In this document: in pieces, positions 18,334 through 27,320 of the stretch | How the letters are laid out: every line of letters starts with the position of its first letter | How positions within the stretch are numbered: position 1 is the stretch's first letter | DNA from: Sinorhizobium meliloti | GTDB taxonomy: Bacteria; Pseudomonadota; Alphaproteobacteria; Rhizobiales; Rhizobiaceae | NCBI RefSeq assembly: GCF_017876815.1 | Contig: NZ_JAGIOS010000001.1 | Span: 3,180,001 to 3,212,000, forward strand | Length of the DNA stretch: 32,000 nt | Reading direction: 5' to 3' | Position numbers and translations under genes: made by a program | Notes under the pieces: generated by a model | Database searches by the model: none | What the model was told of the DNA's origin: nothing | The model's input: only the letters and a program-made list of their open reading frames with translations

Positions 18334-18900
18334 TCAATCACTTAACCCGTCGTACCCGTCGTCCAACGCCCATCGCCCGGTGCTGACCCCATTCGCAATC
18401 CGCGAAAGGAGCTCGGCGATGCTTTGAGCAACCACAGGGCGATCGGCTTCGTCATAGAGAAACCAGATGATCTGGCCGTATCCGTTGGTAAGTTCGGGAC
18501 GAAGATCGATACAGTAGTGATCGCCGCGCGGGCTGCCGAAGAGCGGAAGCCAGTTTGGAGACCAAACCATCGTTCCTAGAAATTGCCGGCCGTCGCCGCG
18601 GGAAGGATAAACTTCGCCCCCATATCGCAGGCAGAGGTCTTCCCAGGCAATGAGGACAAGATCGAGCGGCAACCACCGTTGATTGAGGTATAGGGCGGGG
18701 CTGCCTGCGGGCTGTCCATCATGGGCGGCGTACAAGCGTCGGATATCCGGAGGTAACCTTCTCCCGAATTTGGCCTCGACCCGCTGGATGGTCCCGCAAT
18801 CCGCGCCGGGTCTCACGAAGGGCAAGCGATCGGGGTGGTGGCGGGCAACCCAGGTATCGATGCGTTTCAGTGCAAGCACGGGTTCAAGCTGGTTCGGCAT
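18334..18900 (-). CDS. SMI1/KNR4 (SUKH-1 superfamily) protein, 188 aa, no signal peptide
   Basis: IDTWVARHHPDRLPFVRPGADCGTIQRVEAKFGRRLPPDIRRLYAAHDG...WLPLFGSPRGDHYCIDLRP...GQIIWFLYDE shows the typical SMI1/KNR4 pattern. This comprises a ligand-like N-terminal helix, the L-P-x-D-[YLI]-x-x-L/Y motif, and the 'W-x-P-F' and 'G-D-x-x-C-[IL]-D' motifs. GGAG is upstream of the ATG at 18900. Confidence 0.8.
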   Translation of the reverse strand: MPNQLEPVLALKRIDTWVARHHPDRLPFVRPGADCGTIQRVEAKFGRRLPPDIRRLYAAHDGQPAGSPALYLNQRWLPLDLVLIAWEDLCLRYGGEVYPSRGDGRQFLGTMVWSPNWLPLFGSPRGDHYCIDLRPELTNGYGQIIWFLYDEADRPVVAQSIAELLSRIANGVSTGRWALDDGYDGLSD

Positions 18901-19053
18901 GGGGTCTCCATGGAGGCGCTAAACTCTAGGTCTTGCCCATCCATCGAATTTCGCGTCGAAGGATATGCGCGCTCCCACTATCCTCAAGACCACGTCCGTG
19001 CCAAAAATTGGCTGAGCGTGCCAATCTGGAAGAAACTGTAGGACGAATTTCCT

Positions 19054-20070
19054 ATGAGTGGTTCGGCTATTGAGAGCACCCATTTCTCCTGCCGGGATTT
19101 CGATGTCTGGCGGGAGAGCATCAACGTCGTCTTCGACGTCGAGCGGCGTTCGCAAGACGGCAACAGGCCGTTCACGGCGAGCGTCGAGGCTTTCCAGTTG
19201 GGCGACATGGTCGTAACTGATGCGGTTCTCGGTGCGCAACGCTACGTGAGATCGTCCGCACGCGTGCGGCGGGACGGCATGGATCACTTTGTCCTCAATC
19301 TTTATAGGACGGGTGGCTGGATAGCTGAAACGGCAAGAGGCGAGTTTGAAGGAAGAGCGGGTCAGGTGTCCGTGCTCGACCTTTCCTGTGAACTGATCAG
19401 CGATGAACCGGACTGTCACCTCGTTGCAATGTTCCTGCCGAGGTCGCTGATAGAAGACCGGCTTCCCAATTTGGGAGGCCTCCACGGTTCGGCTCCAACT
19501 GGCCCCTACGCCATGCTCCTGGCCGAATATCTGGACATGCTGGCACGGCGATTGCCGTTCTTGCACTCTGGAGACGAGACGGCTCTGGCAGGAGCCGCAT
19601 GCCAAATGCTTGCGGCCTGCCTGGCTCCGTCACTTGCCAATGTCGAAGCGGCGCGCCCCGGTCTTGAACTGGTGCTGCTACGTCGCGCGAAGCGCTATAT
19701 CGAAGGTCATCTAAATTCCAGCGCGCTGAACATCGATGCGATCTGCAATATCGTCGGCGTGTCCCGCAGAACGCTTTTCAGATTGTTCGAACAGGAAGGA
19801 GGCGTGCTTCACTACATCCAGGGCCGTCGGCTGGAGCGAATCAGAGCCGTTCTGTCGGACCCCAACGAAACGCGTCGCATTTCCGACATTGCTGCGGAGT
19901 TTGGATTTTTGCGTGGCGATCACTTTGCTCGGGCATTCAAGCACCAGTATGGGGAGACCGCGCGGGAGATAAGAGAGCACCAGAATTTGGACGATCGTCG
20001 CGACACCTCGTCGGTGCAGCAGAGCCGACGTCAAGGGTTTGACGACTGGATACGGCGGCTTCCGTCGTAG
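19054..20070 (+). CDS. AraC-family transcriptional regulator (AraC_binding_2-type N-terminus, C-terminal HTH_18), 338 aa
   Basis: The C-terminus is AKRYIEGHLNSSALNIDAICNIVGVSRRTLFRLFEQEGGVLHYIQGRRLERIRAVLSD...ISDIAAEFGFLRGDHFARAFKHQYGETAREIRE, a classical AraC double HTH. The gene is divergent from the SUKH gene. Confidence 0.85.
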   Translation: MSGSAIESTHFSCRDFDVWRESINVVFDVERRSQDGNRPFTASVEAFQLGDMVVTDAVLGAQRYVRSSARVRRDGMDHFVLNLYRTGGWIAETARGEFEGRAGQVSVLDLSCELISDEPDCHLVAMFLPRSLIEDRLPNLGGLHGSAPTGPYAMLLAEYLDMLARRLPFLHSGDETALAGAACQMLAACLAPSLANVEAARPGLELVLLRRAKRYIEGHLNSSALNIDAICNIVGVSRRTLFRLFEQEGGVLHYIQGRRLERIRAVLSDPNETRRISDIAAEFGFLRGDHFARAFKHQYGETAREIREHQNLDDRRDTSSVQQSRRQGFDDWIRRLPS

Positions 20071-20121
20071 CCGCGCAAGGTGAGAACGACGGTTACGATG
20101 GAACGCCGCCGGCTCCCACGA

Positions 20122-20153
20122 CAAAAAGAAACCCGGCGCGAGGCCGGGTTTCC
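20122..20153 (-). terminator. icd intrinsic terminator
   Basis: On the minus strand: GGAAACCCGGC-CTCGC-GCCGGGTTTCTTTTTGT. The 10-bp stem lies at 20128-20137 / 20143-20152, followed by a T-rich tail. Confidence 0.8.
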
Positions 20154-20179
20154 AAAATCCTGGCGACAGATCACGCTGA

Positions 20180-21394
20180 TTACGCCGCCATTGCCTTCCT
20201 GAGGTTCTCGTCGATCTTGTCGAGGAAACCGGTGGTCGACAGCCAGGGCTGGTCGGGACCGATGAGAAGTGCCAGATCCTTGGTCATGAAGCCGGACTCG
20301 ACCGTATCCACGCAGACGCGCTCCAGGGTCTCGGAGAACTTCGCGAGTTCGGCGTTGCCGTCGAGCTTGGCGCGGTGGGCGAGGCCGCGGGTCCAGGCGA
20401 AGATCGATGCGATCGAGTTGGTCGAGGTTTCCTCGCCCTTCTGATGCTGGCGGTAGTGGCGCGTCACCGTGCCGTGGGCGGCTTCCGCCTCGACCGTCTT
20501 GCCGTCCGGCGTCATCAGCACCGAGGTCATCAGGCCGAGCGAGCCGAAGCCCTGCGCGACGATGTCGGACTGCACGTCGCCGTCGTAGTTCTTGCAGGCC
20601 CAGACATAGCCGCCGGACCACTTCAGCGCCGAGGCGACCATGTCGTCGATCAGGCGGTGTTCGTACCAGAGCTTCTCGGCCTTGAACTGGGCGGCGAATT
20701 CCTCGTCGAACACCTTCTGGAAGATGTCTTTGAAGCGGCCGTCATAGGCCTTCAGGATCGTGTTCTTGGTCGAGAGATAGACCGGAACCTTGCGCTGCAG
20801 GCCGTAGTTGAACGAGGCGCGCGCGAATTCGGTGATCGATTCGTCCAGGTTGTACATGGCGAGTGCCACGCCGGCGCCCGGCGCGTCGTAAACGTCATGC
20901 TCGATCGTCTGGCCGTCTTCGCCGACGAATTTGATCGAGAGCTTGCCCTTGCCCGGGAACTTGAAATCGGTCGCGCGGTACTGGTCGCCGAAGGCGTGGC
21001 GGCCGACGATGATCGGCTTGGTCCAGCCGGGGACCAGGCGCGGCACGTTCTTGCAGATGATCGGCTCGCGGAAGATGACGCCGCCGAGGATGTTGCGGAT
21101 CGTGCCGTTCGGCGACTTCCACATCTTCTTCAGCTTGAACTCCTCGACGCGACCCTCGTCCGGCGTGATCGTGGCGCATTTTACGCCGACGCCGTGCTTC
21201 TTGATGGCGTTTGCGGCGTCGATCGTCACCTGGTCGTCAGTTGCATCACGGTTTTCGACGCCCAGGTCGTAATATTCGAGATCGAGGTCGAGATAAGGGT
21301 GGATCAGCTTGTCCTTGATGAACTGCCAGATGATGCGGGTCATCTCGTCGCCGTCGAGTTCGACGACCGGATTGGCGACCTTGATCTTTGCCAT
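20180..21394 (-). CDS. icd: NADP-dependent isocitrate dehydrogenase (eukaryote-like homodimeric type), 404 aa
   Basis: ORF 20180..21571 trimmed to ATG 21394: [61 protein letters not shown]...[27 protein letters not shown]. Confidence 0.97.
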   Translation of the reverse strand: MAKIKVANPVVELDGDEMTRIIWQFIKDKLIHPYLDLDLEYYDLGVENRDATDDQVTIDAANAIKKHGVGVKCATITPDEGRVEEFKLKKMWKSPNGTIRNILGGVIFREPIICKNVPRLVPGWTKPIIVGRHAFGDQYRATDFKFPGKGKLSIKFVGEDGQTIEHDVYDAPGAGVALAMYNLDESITEFARASFNYGLQRKVPVYLSTKNTILKAYDGRFKDIFQKVFDEEFAAQFKAEKLWYEHRLIDDMVASALKWSGGYVWACKNYDGDVQSDIVAQGFGSLGLMTSVLMTPDGKTVEAEAAHGTVTRHYRQHQKGEETSTNSIASIFAWTRGLAHRAKLDGNAELAKFSETLERVCVDTVESGFMTKDLALLIGPDQPWLSTTGFLDKIDENLRKAMAA

Positions 21395-21700
21395 TGATAT
21401 GCCTCGTAGCTTGCGGAACACCGCGCGCGGCATTCCGACGGTGGGAGAAATCCAGAGCCCTATAGCACTGTGAGCCAGCAAGGCAAAGCATGCTTGGCCG
21501 AAACTTTGGGCCAAGGCGGCGGGCTCGGAATCGGCTCGTTGCGCCCGGTCTGCAGACCGGGAGCCGCTCACCTCACAGCTTTGAAAAGACCGCGGGAAAG
21601 GCTATTCAGAGATCGAGCGGCGGCATGCTTCAACTGTTTTGTGCGTGTCGTCATCCCGGAAACGCTGCACGCTGCGGGCGTGGGGACAGGCGGAGGCGCC

Positions 21701-23716
21701 ATGACGTTCAGGCTTCGCTTGCGGGACTGGCTGCTGGCCAATGATCCGGCCTTTTCCCGGCTGCGGCAGGCGTCCCGCATAACGGCGACCGTGGTGATCT
21801 CGGTCGCTCTGCTGATCGCCTTCCATTTCATCGCCACCCCGCTGCCGCCGGCCGCCTACGGACTTGCGATTACCCTTTCGATCGAAGGCGGTCTGGCGGT
21901 TCGCGACCGGACGGCATCGGAACAACTGGTCACGCGCATTCTGGCGGTCGTCACCGGCGTTGCGATGGTCACGCTCGCCTCGGCGCTGGAGGGTTACCGG
22001 CACGTTTCCGATCTCGTTTTTCTCGTAGTCATCTTCGTGGCAGTCTATGGCCGCGTCTTCGGCCAGCGCTGGTTCGCCATCGGCATGTTCGCCTTCATGT
22101 CCTATTTCACCGGAGCCTATCTGCGCCCCTCGCTGGACCAGTTGCCGGCGCTCGTTCTCGGCGCCGGGATTTCAGCGGCTATCGCGCATCTGGTGCGGAC
22201 CGTCCTTCTCCCGGACGACCGCTACCGCGATCTCCTGCGGGCGATCGCGAGCGTCCAGCAGAGGGTGGATGAAATCCTTCATGGGATAGCGGCGGCTGCG
22301 CGCAGGCCCATTCTCAGGGCTGCCGATCGCCGCAGGCTGCATGCGCTGGAAGAGAGGTTGAAGGAAGCCGTGTTGATGGCGGAGAGCTTCATTGCGACGG
22401 ACACCCGCCGCCCGGCGCCGGAACCCGGGGACGTGTCTGCGGACCTCGCCATCGGGCTCTTCGACATTCATCTTGCGGCCGAGAGTGTGATCGTGCTCAG
22501 CCTTCAGGCAATGCCACCTGCGGCTGTTGTCGACGCGGTTCTGGCGCATGATGCGGGCGAGATGGAACGGGGAATGCAGTCGCTGGGCGAGGCGAACGTC
22601 AAACAGCTCGAGGCTGCCAGGGCTCTGCTTTGGCTTCATACGGTTCGAGATCGCCTCAACCGCAGTCTGGCCGACCTGGAGGCGGCGGACCTCGATGAAC
22701 CGCCTCCGGCGCCATCTCCAGAGCCACCGGCGGCAACGGCTCGCTTTTCCCTCGCCGACCCGGCTTTACGAAGCGCGATCCAGATTACCCTCGCCTCGGG
22801 CATCGCAAGGGTGTTCGGCCTGATGCTTTCACGCGAGCGCTGGTTCTGGGCGGTTCTCGCTGCCTTCCTCGTCTTCACCAATACGCGCTCCCGCGGCGAC
22901 ACCGCAGTGAAGGCCCTGCAACGGTCGGCCGGCACACTGGCGGGCATCGTCGTCGGACTTGCGGCGGCAAGCGCGATCGGCGGGACCGTCTATATAGTCC
23001 TGCCCCTGGGGGCGGCCTGCATCTTTCTGGCCTTCTATTTCCTCCCGGTCTCCTACGCGACCATGACTTTCTTCGTCTCGGTCGTCCTCTCTCTCGCCTA
23101 CAGCCTCCTCGGCGTTTTGACGCCGCAGCTCCTGGAACTGCGTCTCGAGGAGACGCTCGTCGGCTCCGTCGCCGGCGCGGCGGTGGCTTTCGTCGTGTTT
23201 CCGACGAAGACCCGCACGACGCTCGATGCGGCGATCAGAAACTGGTGCGACAAGCTCTCCGAGTTGCTGGAGGAGGCAAGGAGGGGGACGTCCGGCCTTG
23301 ATCTCGTCAGCCGATCGCAGGCGCTCGACCGCGCCTACAGGGAACTGGCCGCTGCCGCCAAACCGCTCGGCGTTTCCTGGCAGCTCGTCACCCGCCCGGG
23401 GCACGTGCGCCAGACGCTGGCGGTGTTCATGGGCTGCACCTATTGGGCGCGCATAGTCGCGCGTAAGATGTCGCAAGACCCGGAAAGCCCGAACGACTTC
23501 GCGGCGCAGATCGAGGAAAATCTGAAGCTCGCAAGCAAGGTGCGCGAAACCGGAGCGGACTATTTCTATCGGTCCCGCAGCGTCGCTGCGCCGGTCGAGC
23601 GTCATCTGCCGGTATCGCGCGACGATGCCGGCCTTGGACTGGAGATGGTTGCCGTTTCGCTCGAGCGCCTTCATTCGCCGCGCGTTCGGCCCGCCGGGGA
23701 GGAGCGCGGGCTTTAA
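21701..23716 (+). CDS. FUSC-family (fusaric-acid-resistance-like / YccS-type) integral membrane protein, 671 aa
   Basis: ORF 21470..23716 trimmed to ATG 21701, which has GGAGG upstream. There are two hydrophobic multi-TM blocks (about residues 30-160 and 400-520) separated and followed by helical cytoplasmic regions. The motif RFWAVLAAFLVFTNTRSRGDT...KALQRSAGTLAGIVVG is typical of the FUSC family. Confidence 0.8.
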   Translation: MTFRLRLRDWLLANDPAFSRLRQASRITATVVISVALLIAFHFIATPLPPAAYGLAITLSIEGGLAVRDRTASEQLVTRILAVVTGVAMVTLASALEGYRHVSDLVFLVVIFVAVYGRVFGQRWFAIGMFAFMSYFTGAYLRPSLDQLPALVLGAGISAAIAHLVRTVLLPDDRYRDLLRAIASVQQRVDEILHGIAAAARRPILRAADRRRLHALEERLKEAVLMAESFIATDTRRPAPEPGDVSADLAIGLFDIHLAAESVIVLSLQAMPPAAVVDAVLAHDAGEMERGMQSLGEANVKQLEAARALLWLHTVRDRLNRSLADLEAADLDEPPPAPSPEPPAATARFSLADPALRSAIQITLASGIARVFGLMLSRERWFWAVLAAFLVFTNTRSRGDTAVKALQRSAGTLAGIVVGLAAASAIGGTVYIVLPLGAACIFLAFYFLPVSYATMTFFVSVVLSLAYSLLGVLTPQLLELRLEETLVGSVAGAAVAFVVFPTKTRTTLDAAIRNWCDKLSELLEEARRGTSGLDLVSRSQALDRAYRELAAAAKPLGVSWQLVTRPGHVRQTLAVFMGCTYWARIVARKMSQDPESPNDFAAQIEENLKLASKVRETGADYFYRSRSVAAPVERHLPVSRDDAGLGLEMVAVSLERLHSPRVRPAGEERGL

Positions 23717-23766
23717 ATCCGCGTCCATATATGCGAGGGAAGCGCCGAACAGAAGGCACACAGGCG

Positions 23767-24597
23767 ATGGCAGGCACCAACAGCGAGCGCGAACTTTTGA
23801 CGGAAGGTCCGGCGATCATTCTCGCCTTTCCCCAGCTCGGCGAGAATATCGGCATGGTGGCGCGCGCCATGGCGAATTTCGGCCTGTCCGAACTGCGCCT
23901 CGTCAGCCCCCGCGACGGCTGGCCGAGCGAGAAGGCACGCTCCGCCGCCAGCCGTGCCGATCACGTCATCGACGGCGCCAAGCTTTACGAAACGCTCGAA
24001 GAGGCGCTCGCCGATCTCAATTTCGTCTACGCGACCACCGCGCGCGACCGCGACGGCTTCAAACCCGTGCGCTCGCCGATCGTCGCCGCCCGGGAACTCC
24101 GCCACCGGTTCAAGGAGGGTGAGAAGGTCGGCATCATTTTCGGCCGCGAGCGTACCGGACTGACCAATGCCGAGGTCGCGCTTGCCGACGAGATCGTGAC
24201 GTTCCCGGTCAATCCCGCCTTCGCTTCGCTGAACCTCGCCCAGGCAGTGCTGCTCATGTCCTATGAGTGGCTGAAGACCGGCATGACCTCCGAGGACGAG
24301 ACGTCTTTCCAGGCGAGCCAGCAGCGTCCGGCGACGAAGGAGCAGTTGCATGGGCTCTGCGAGCATCTGGAAGAGGCGCTCGACGCGCGCAACTATTTCC
24401 GTTCCGCCGACAAAAAGCCGAAATTGGTCGAGAATCTGCGCGCGGTTCTGACCAGGCCATCCTTTACCGAATCGGAAATCCAGGTGCTGCGCGGCGTCAT
24501 TTCATCGCTCGACCGTTTCACGCGGGAAAATCCGCGTGGCTCCGCCGCACCGCCCGGGCACAGCAGAAAAGAACAGGGCGGCGGTGACAAAGACTGA
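23767..24597 (+). CDS. SPOUT-class RNA 2'-O-methyltransferase, TrmJ/LasT-like (TrmH family group 1), 276 aa
   Basis: [33 protein letters not shown]...[49 protein letters not shown]. The start is ambiguous: ATG 23767 is chosen here, and ATG 23731 is also open. Confidence 0.8.
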   Translation: MAGTNSERELLTEGPAIILAFPQLGENIGMVARAMANFGLSELRLVSPRDGWPSEKARSAASRADHVIDGAKLYETLEEALADLNFVYATTARDRDGFKPVRSPIVAARELRHRFKEGEKVGIIFGRERTGLTNAEVALADEIVTFPVNPAFASLNLAQAVLLMSYEWLKTGMTSEDETSFQASQQRPATKEQLHGLCEHLEEALDARNYFRSADKKPKLVENLRAVLTRPSFTESEIQVLRGVISSLDRFTRENPRGSAAPPGHSRKEQGGGDKD

Positions 24598-25417
24598 GCT
24601 GAAGCCCATCCTCGTCTTCGACAGCGGGATCGGTGGCCTGACGGTGCTGCGCGAGGCGCGCGTGCTGATGCCGGAGCGGCATTTCATCTATGTCGCAGAC
24701 GATGCCGGTTTTCCCTATGGCGGCTGGGAGGAGGGCGCTCTGAAGGAGCGGGTGATCGCTCTTTTCGGTCGGCTGCTTGCCGAGCTTGATCCGGAAATCT
24801 GCATCATCGCCTGCAATACGGCCTTTACGCTCGTCGGCGCGGATCTGCGCGCCGCCTATCCGCAGATGACCTTCGTCGGCACTGTCCCGGCCATCAAGCC
24901 TGCGGCCGAGCGCACCCGTTCGGGTCTCGTTTCGGTGCTTGCGACGCCGGGTACCGTGAAGCGCGCCTACACCCGCGATCTCATCCAGTCCTTCGCCTCG
25001 CAATGTCACGTCAGGCTTGTCGGCTCGGAGAACCTCGCGCGCATGGCGGAAGCCTATATTCGTGGCGACGCATTGGCCGATGAGGCGGTCCTCGCCGAGA
25101 TTGAGCCTTGCTTCGTGGAGGCGGAGGGAAAGAGAACCGATATCGTCGTGCTGGCCTGCACGCACTATCCTTTCATGTCCAATGTTTTCCGCCGGCTGGC
25201 GCCCTGGCCGGTGGACTGGCTGGATCCGGCCGAAGCGATCGCAAGGAGGGCGCGCTCCCTGGTGCCGCTGCCGAACGGGTTCGAACCATTGAACGGCGAG
25301 GATCCGGCGATCTTCACGTCAGGCAGGCCCGATTTCGCGACTCGCCGGCTGATGCAGGGCTTCGGGCTGAGAGTCATGGCGGATGCCGTATCTGCGGACC
25401 GGCGTGAACGGATCTAG
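24584..25417 (+). CDS. murI: Glutamate racemase MurI, 277 aa
   Basis: [40 protein letters not shown]...[10 protein letters not shown]...[10 protein letters not shown] contains both catalytic Cys motifs. The start is placed at GTG 24584, which overlaps the upstream gene by 14 nt. The ORF-track ATG at 24536 would overlap it by 62 nt. Confidence 0.85.
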   Translation: MTKTELKPILVFDSGIGGLTVLREARVLMPERHFIYVADDAGFPYGGWEEGALKERVIALFGRLLAELDPEICIIACNTAFTLVGADLRAAYPQMTFVGTVPAIKPAAERTRSGLVSVLATPGTVKRAYTRDLIQSFASQCHVRLVGSENLARMAEAYIRGDALADEAVLAEIEPCFVEAEGKRTDIVVLACTHYPFMSNVFRRLAPWPVDWLDPAEAIARRARSLVPLPNGFEPLNGEDPAIFTSGRPDFATRRLMQGFGLRVMADAVSADRRERI

Positions 25418-25554
25418 ATCGGCTGCCGGGCCGCCCGATTATTCCCTGTGGGTTTCGATATTCGGCGGCGCTTGGGGGCACGATCCATGCTAGGTGTTGC
25501 CCGTTTTGGCGGTCCAGGCGTGGCTGCGAATCAATCCGCGAAGATGAGGTAAGG

Positions 25555-27069
25555 ATGAAAGTCGGCATCGACATGGGAACGACGTCCGAAGGGACTTCGG
25601 CCTCGCTCGATATCGAAGAGCTTCTGGCGACGCGTCTCCTCGTGCAAGGCAATTCCGGCTCCGGCAAGTCGCATCTGCTTCGCCGTCTGCTGGAACAATC
25701 CGCGCCCTGGGTGCAGCAGTGCATCATCGATCCGGAAGGCGATTTCGTCACGCTTGCCGACAAGTTCGGCCATGTGGTGATCGAGGGGGAGCGTACCGAT
25801 GCGGAGCTCATCGGCATCGCCACCCGCATCCGTCAGCACCGCGTTTCCTGCGTGCTTTCTCTCGAAGGGCTGGATGTCGAGCAGCAGATGCGCAGCGCCG
25901 GCGTGTTTCTGAATGCGATGTTCGATGCGGACCGGGAATATTGGTATCCCGTTCTGGTGGTCGTCGACGAGGCGCAGATGTTCGCGCCGTCGGTCGGCGG
26001 CGACGTTTCGGAGGAAATACGCAAGGTTTCGCTCGGCGCAATGACCAATCTCATGTGCCGCGGCCGCAAGCGCGGCCTTGCCGGCGTCATCGCCACGCAG
26101 CGCCTGGCCAAGCTCGCCAAGAACGTTGCCGCCGAAGCCTCGAACTTCCTGATGGGACGCACCTTCCTCGACATCGACATGCTGCGCGCCGCCGATCTGC
26201 TCGGCATGGACCGGCGCACGGCCGAGATGTTTCGCGACCTGAAGCGCGGCTCCTTCGTGGCGCTCGGTCCGGCGCTTTCCCGTCGCCCGTTGAGGGTGAC
26301 GATCGGTTCGGTCGAGACCTCGGCACGGTCGATGAGCCCGAAGCTGATGCCGCTGCCCGAAGCGCCCCAGGACGTGGCGGATCTGATCTTCACGCCCGAC
26401 CCGGAGGAATTCACCCGCCCGGTCGTCCGCCGGACAGCGCCGCAGCCGCGCCCCGCGAGCGATATTCTCGCGGAGCTGTCGCGCCCAAGGCCCGAGCCCG
26501 GAGCGCCCGTGGAAGCCAAGCCGGCGCAACCGGAAATCTCGGCGGAGGAGAGGGAGGCGCTGATCGGCAGCCTCTTTGCCGAAATCGTCGCTAATCCGGA
26601 GGCCGCGTTCAGGCCCGATGCGGAGCTCTACCAGGATTTTCTCGTGCGCTGCCGCATTCGCCGCGTCCCCGGACCGGCACTCTCCTTGAGCGCATTCCGC
26701 CGCAAGATGGCCGTCGCCCGATCGGGCATCGATGCCGAGACGGCGGCAAGCGAGGATTGGGCCTCGGCGCTTGGATTGGCCGACCGGGTGACGGAAGACC
26801 TGCAGGCGGTTTTCCTGATGCTGGCACAGGCGGCCCTGCGCGGGCTGCCGTGCCCATCGGACGCCATGATCGCCCGTGCCTACGGAACGCATTCGGCCCG
26901 TCGCGCACGGCGATTGCTCGGCTATTTCGAAGAGCAGGGGCTCGTCGTGGTGCATGCGGATTTCTCCGGCAAACGCATCGTCGCTTTCCCCGATCTCGGC
27001 AAGGAAACGGCGCCGGGCGACGCCAATGCCCCGGACACGGGAGATTCAGCGCGCGCGGCCGCCGAGTGA
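25555..27069 (+). CDS. HerA/FtsK-superfamily P-loop ATPase (DUF87-like) with Pro-rich linker and uncharacterised C-terminal domain, 504 aa
   Basis: Walker A is LLVQGNSGSGKSHLL and Walker B is YPVLVVVDEAQMF. The downstream GVIATQRLAKLAKNVAAEASNFLMGRT is typical of HerA/VirB4-like ATPases. Residues about 270-340 are Pro/Glu-rich. The last 160 aa or so have no motif I recognise. The Shine-Dalgarno sequence GAGGTAAGG lies upstream of ATG 25555. Confidence 0.8.
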   Translation: MKVGIDMGTTSEGTSASLDIEELLATRLLVQGNSGSGKSHLLRRLLEQSAPWVQQCIIDPEGDFVTLADKFGHVVIEGERTDAELIGIATRIRQHRVSCVLSLEGLDVEQQMRSAGVFLNAMFDADREYWYPVLVVVDEAQMFAPSVGGDVSEEIRKVSLGAMTNLMCRGRKRGLAGVIATQRLAKLAKNVAAEASNFLMGRTFLDIDMLRAADLLGMDRRTAEMFRDLKRGSFVALGPALSRRPLRVTIGSVETSARSMSPKLMPLPEAPQDVADLIFTPDPEEFTRPVVRRTAPQPRPASDILAELSRPRPEPGAPVEAKPAQPEISAEEREALIGSLFAEIVANPEAAFRPDAELYQDFLVRCRIRRVPGPALSLSAFRRKMAVARSGIDAETAASEDWASALGLADRVTEDLQAVFLMLAQAALRGLPCPSDAMIARAYGTHSARRARRLLGYFEEQGLVVVHADFSGKRIVAFPDLGKETAPGDANAPDTGDSARAAAE

Positions 27070-27160
27070 GATTGCATTCGGAAGTACGGCTGAATTTGCC
27101 ATTGTTCCTGTCATATTCCGTTGACAATTCGCCGCCCAGTGCTTAAAGACCCGCTCAACG

Positions 27161-27188
27161 CCGGGCAGTGATGCCCGGTGTTTCATTT
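27161..27188 (+). terminator. Hairpin plus T-rich tract between the ATPase gene and rpsD (a terminator of the ATPase gene or a 5' stem-loop of the rpsD leader)
   Basis: CCGGGCA-GTGA-TGCCCGG (27161-27178) is followed by TGTTTCATTT. Confidence 0.45.
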
Positions 27189-27320
27189 GACATGTCCCGT
27201 GGTTTCTCCGGCAGCGATCGTGAGAGGCCTGTCAGAACCCCAAAAATGGGTTCAGAGGAGGGCGTGTTTCCTTGATCCGGTTTGGCAACAAACTGGTGTA
27301 ACACCTTGAAAGGAAATACG

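Noticed and set aside
25531-26955. A 474-aa minus-strand ORF opposite the HerA-like ATPase gene.
   Set aside because: It is an antisense mirror ORF. The + frame has Walker A/B motifs and a good Shine-Dalgarno sequence, whereas the minus frame has none.
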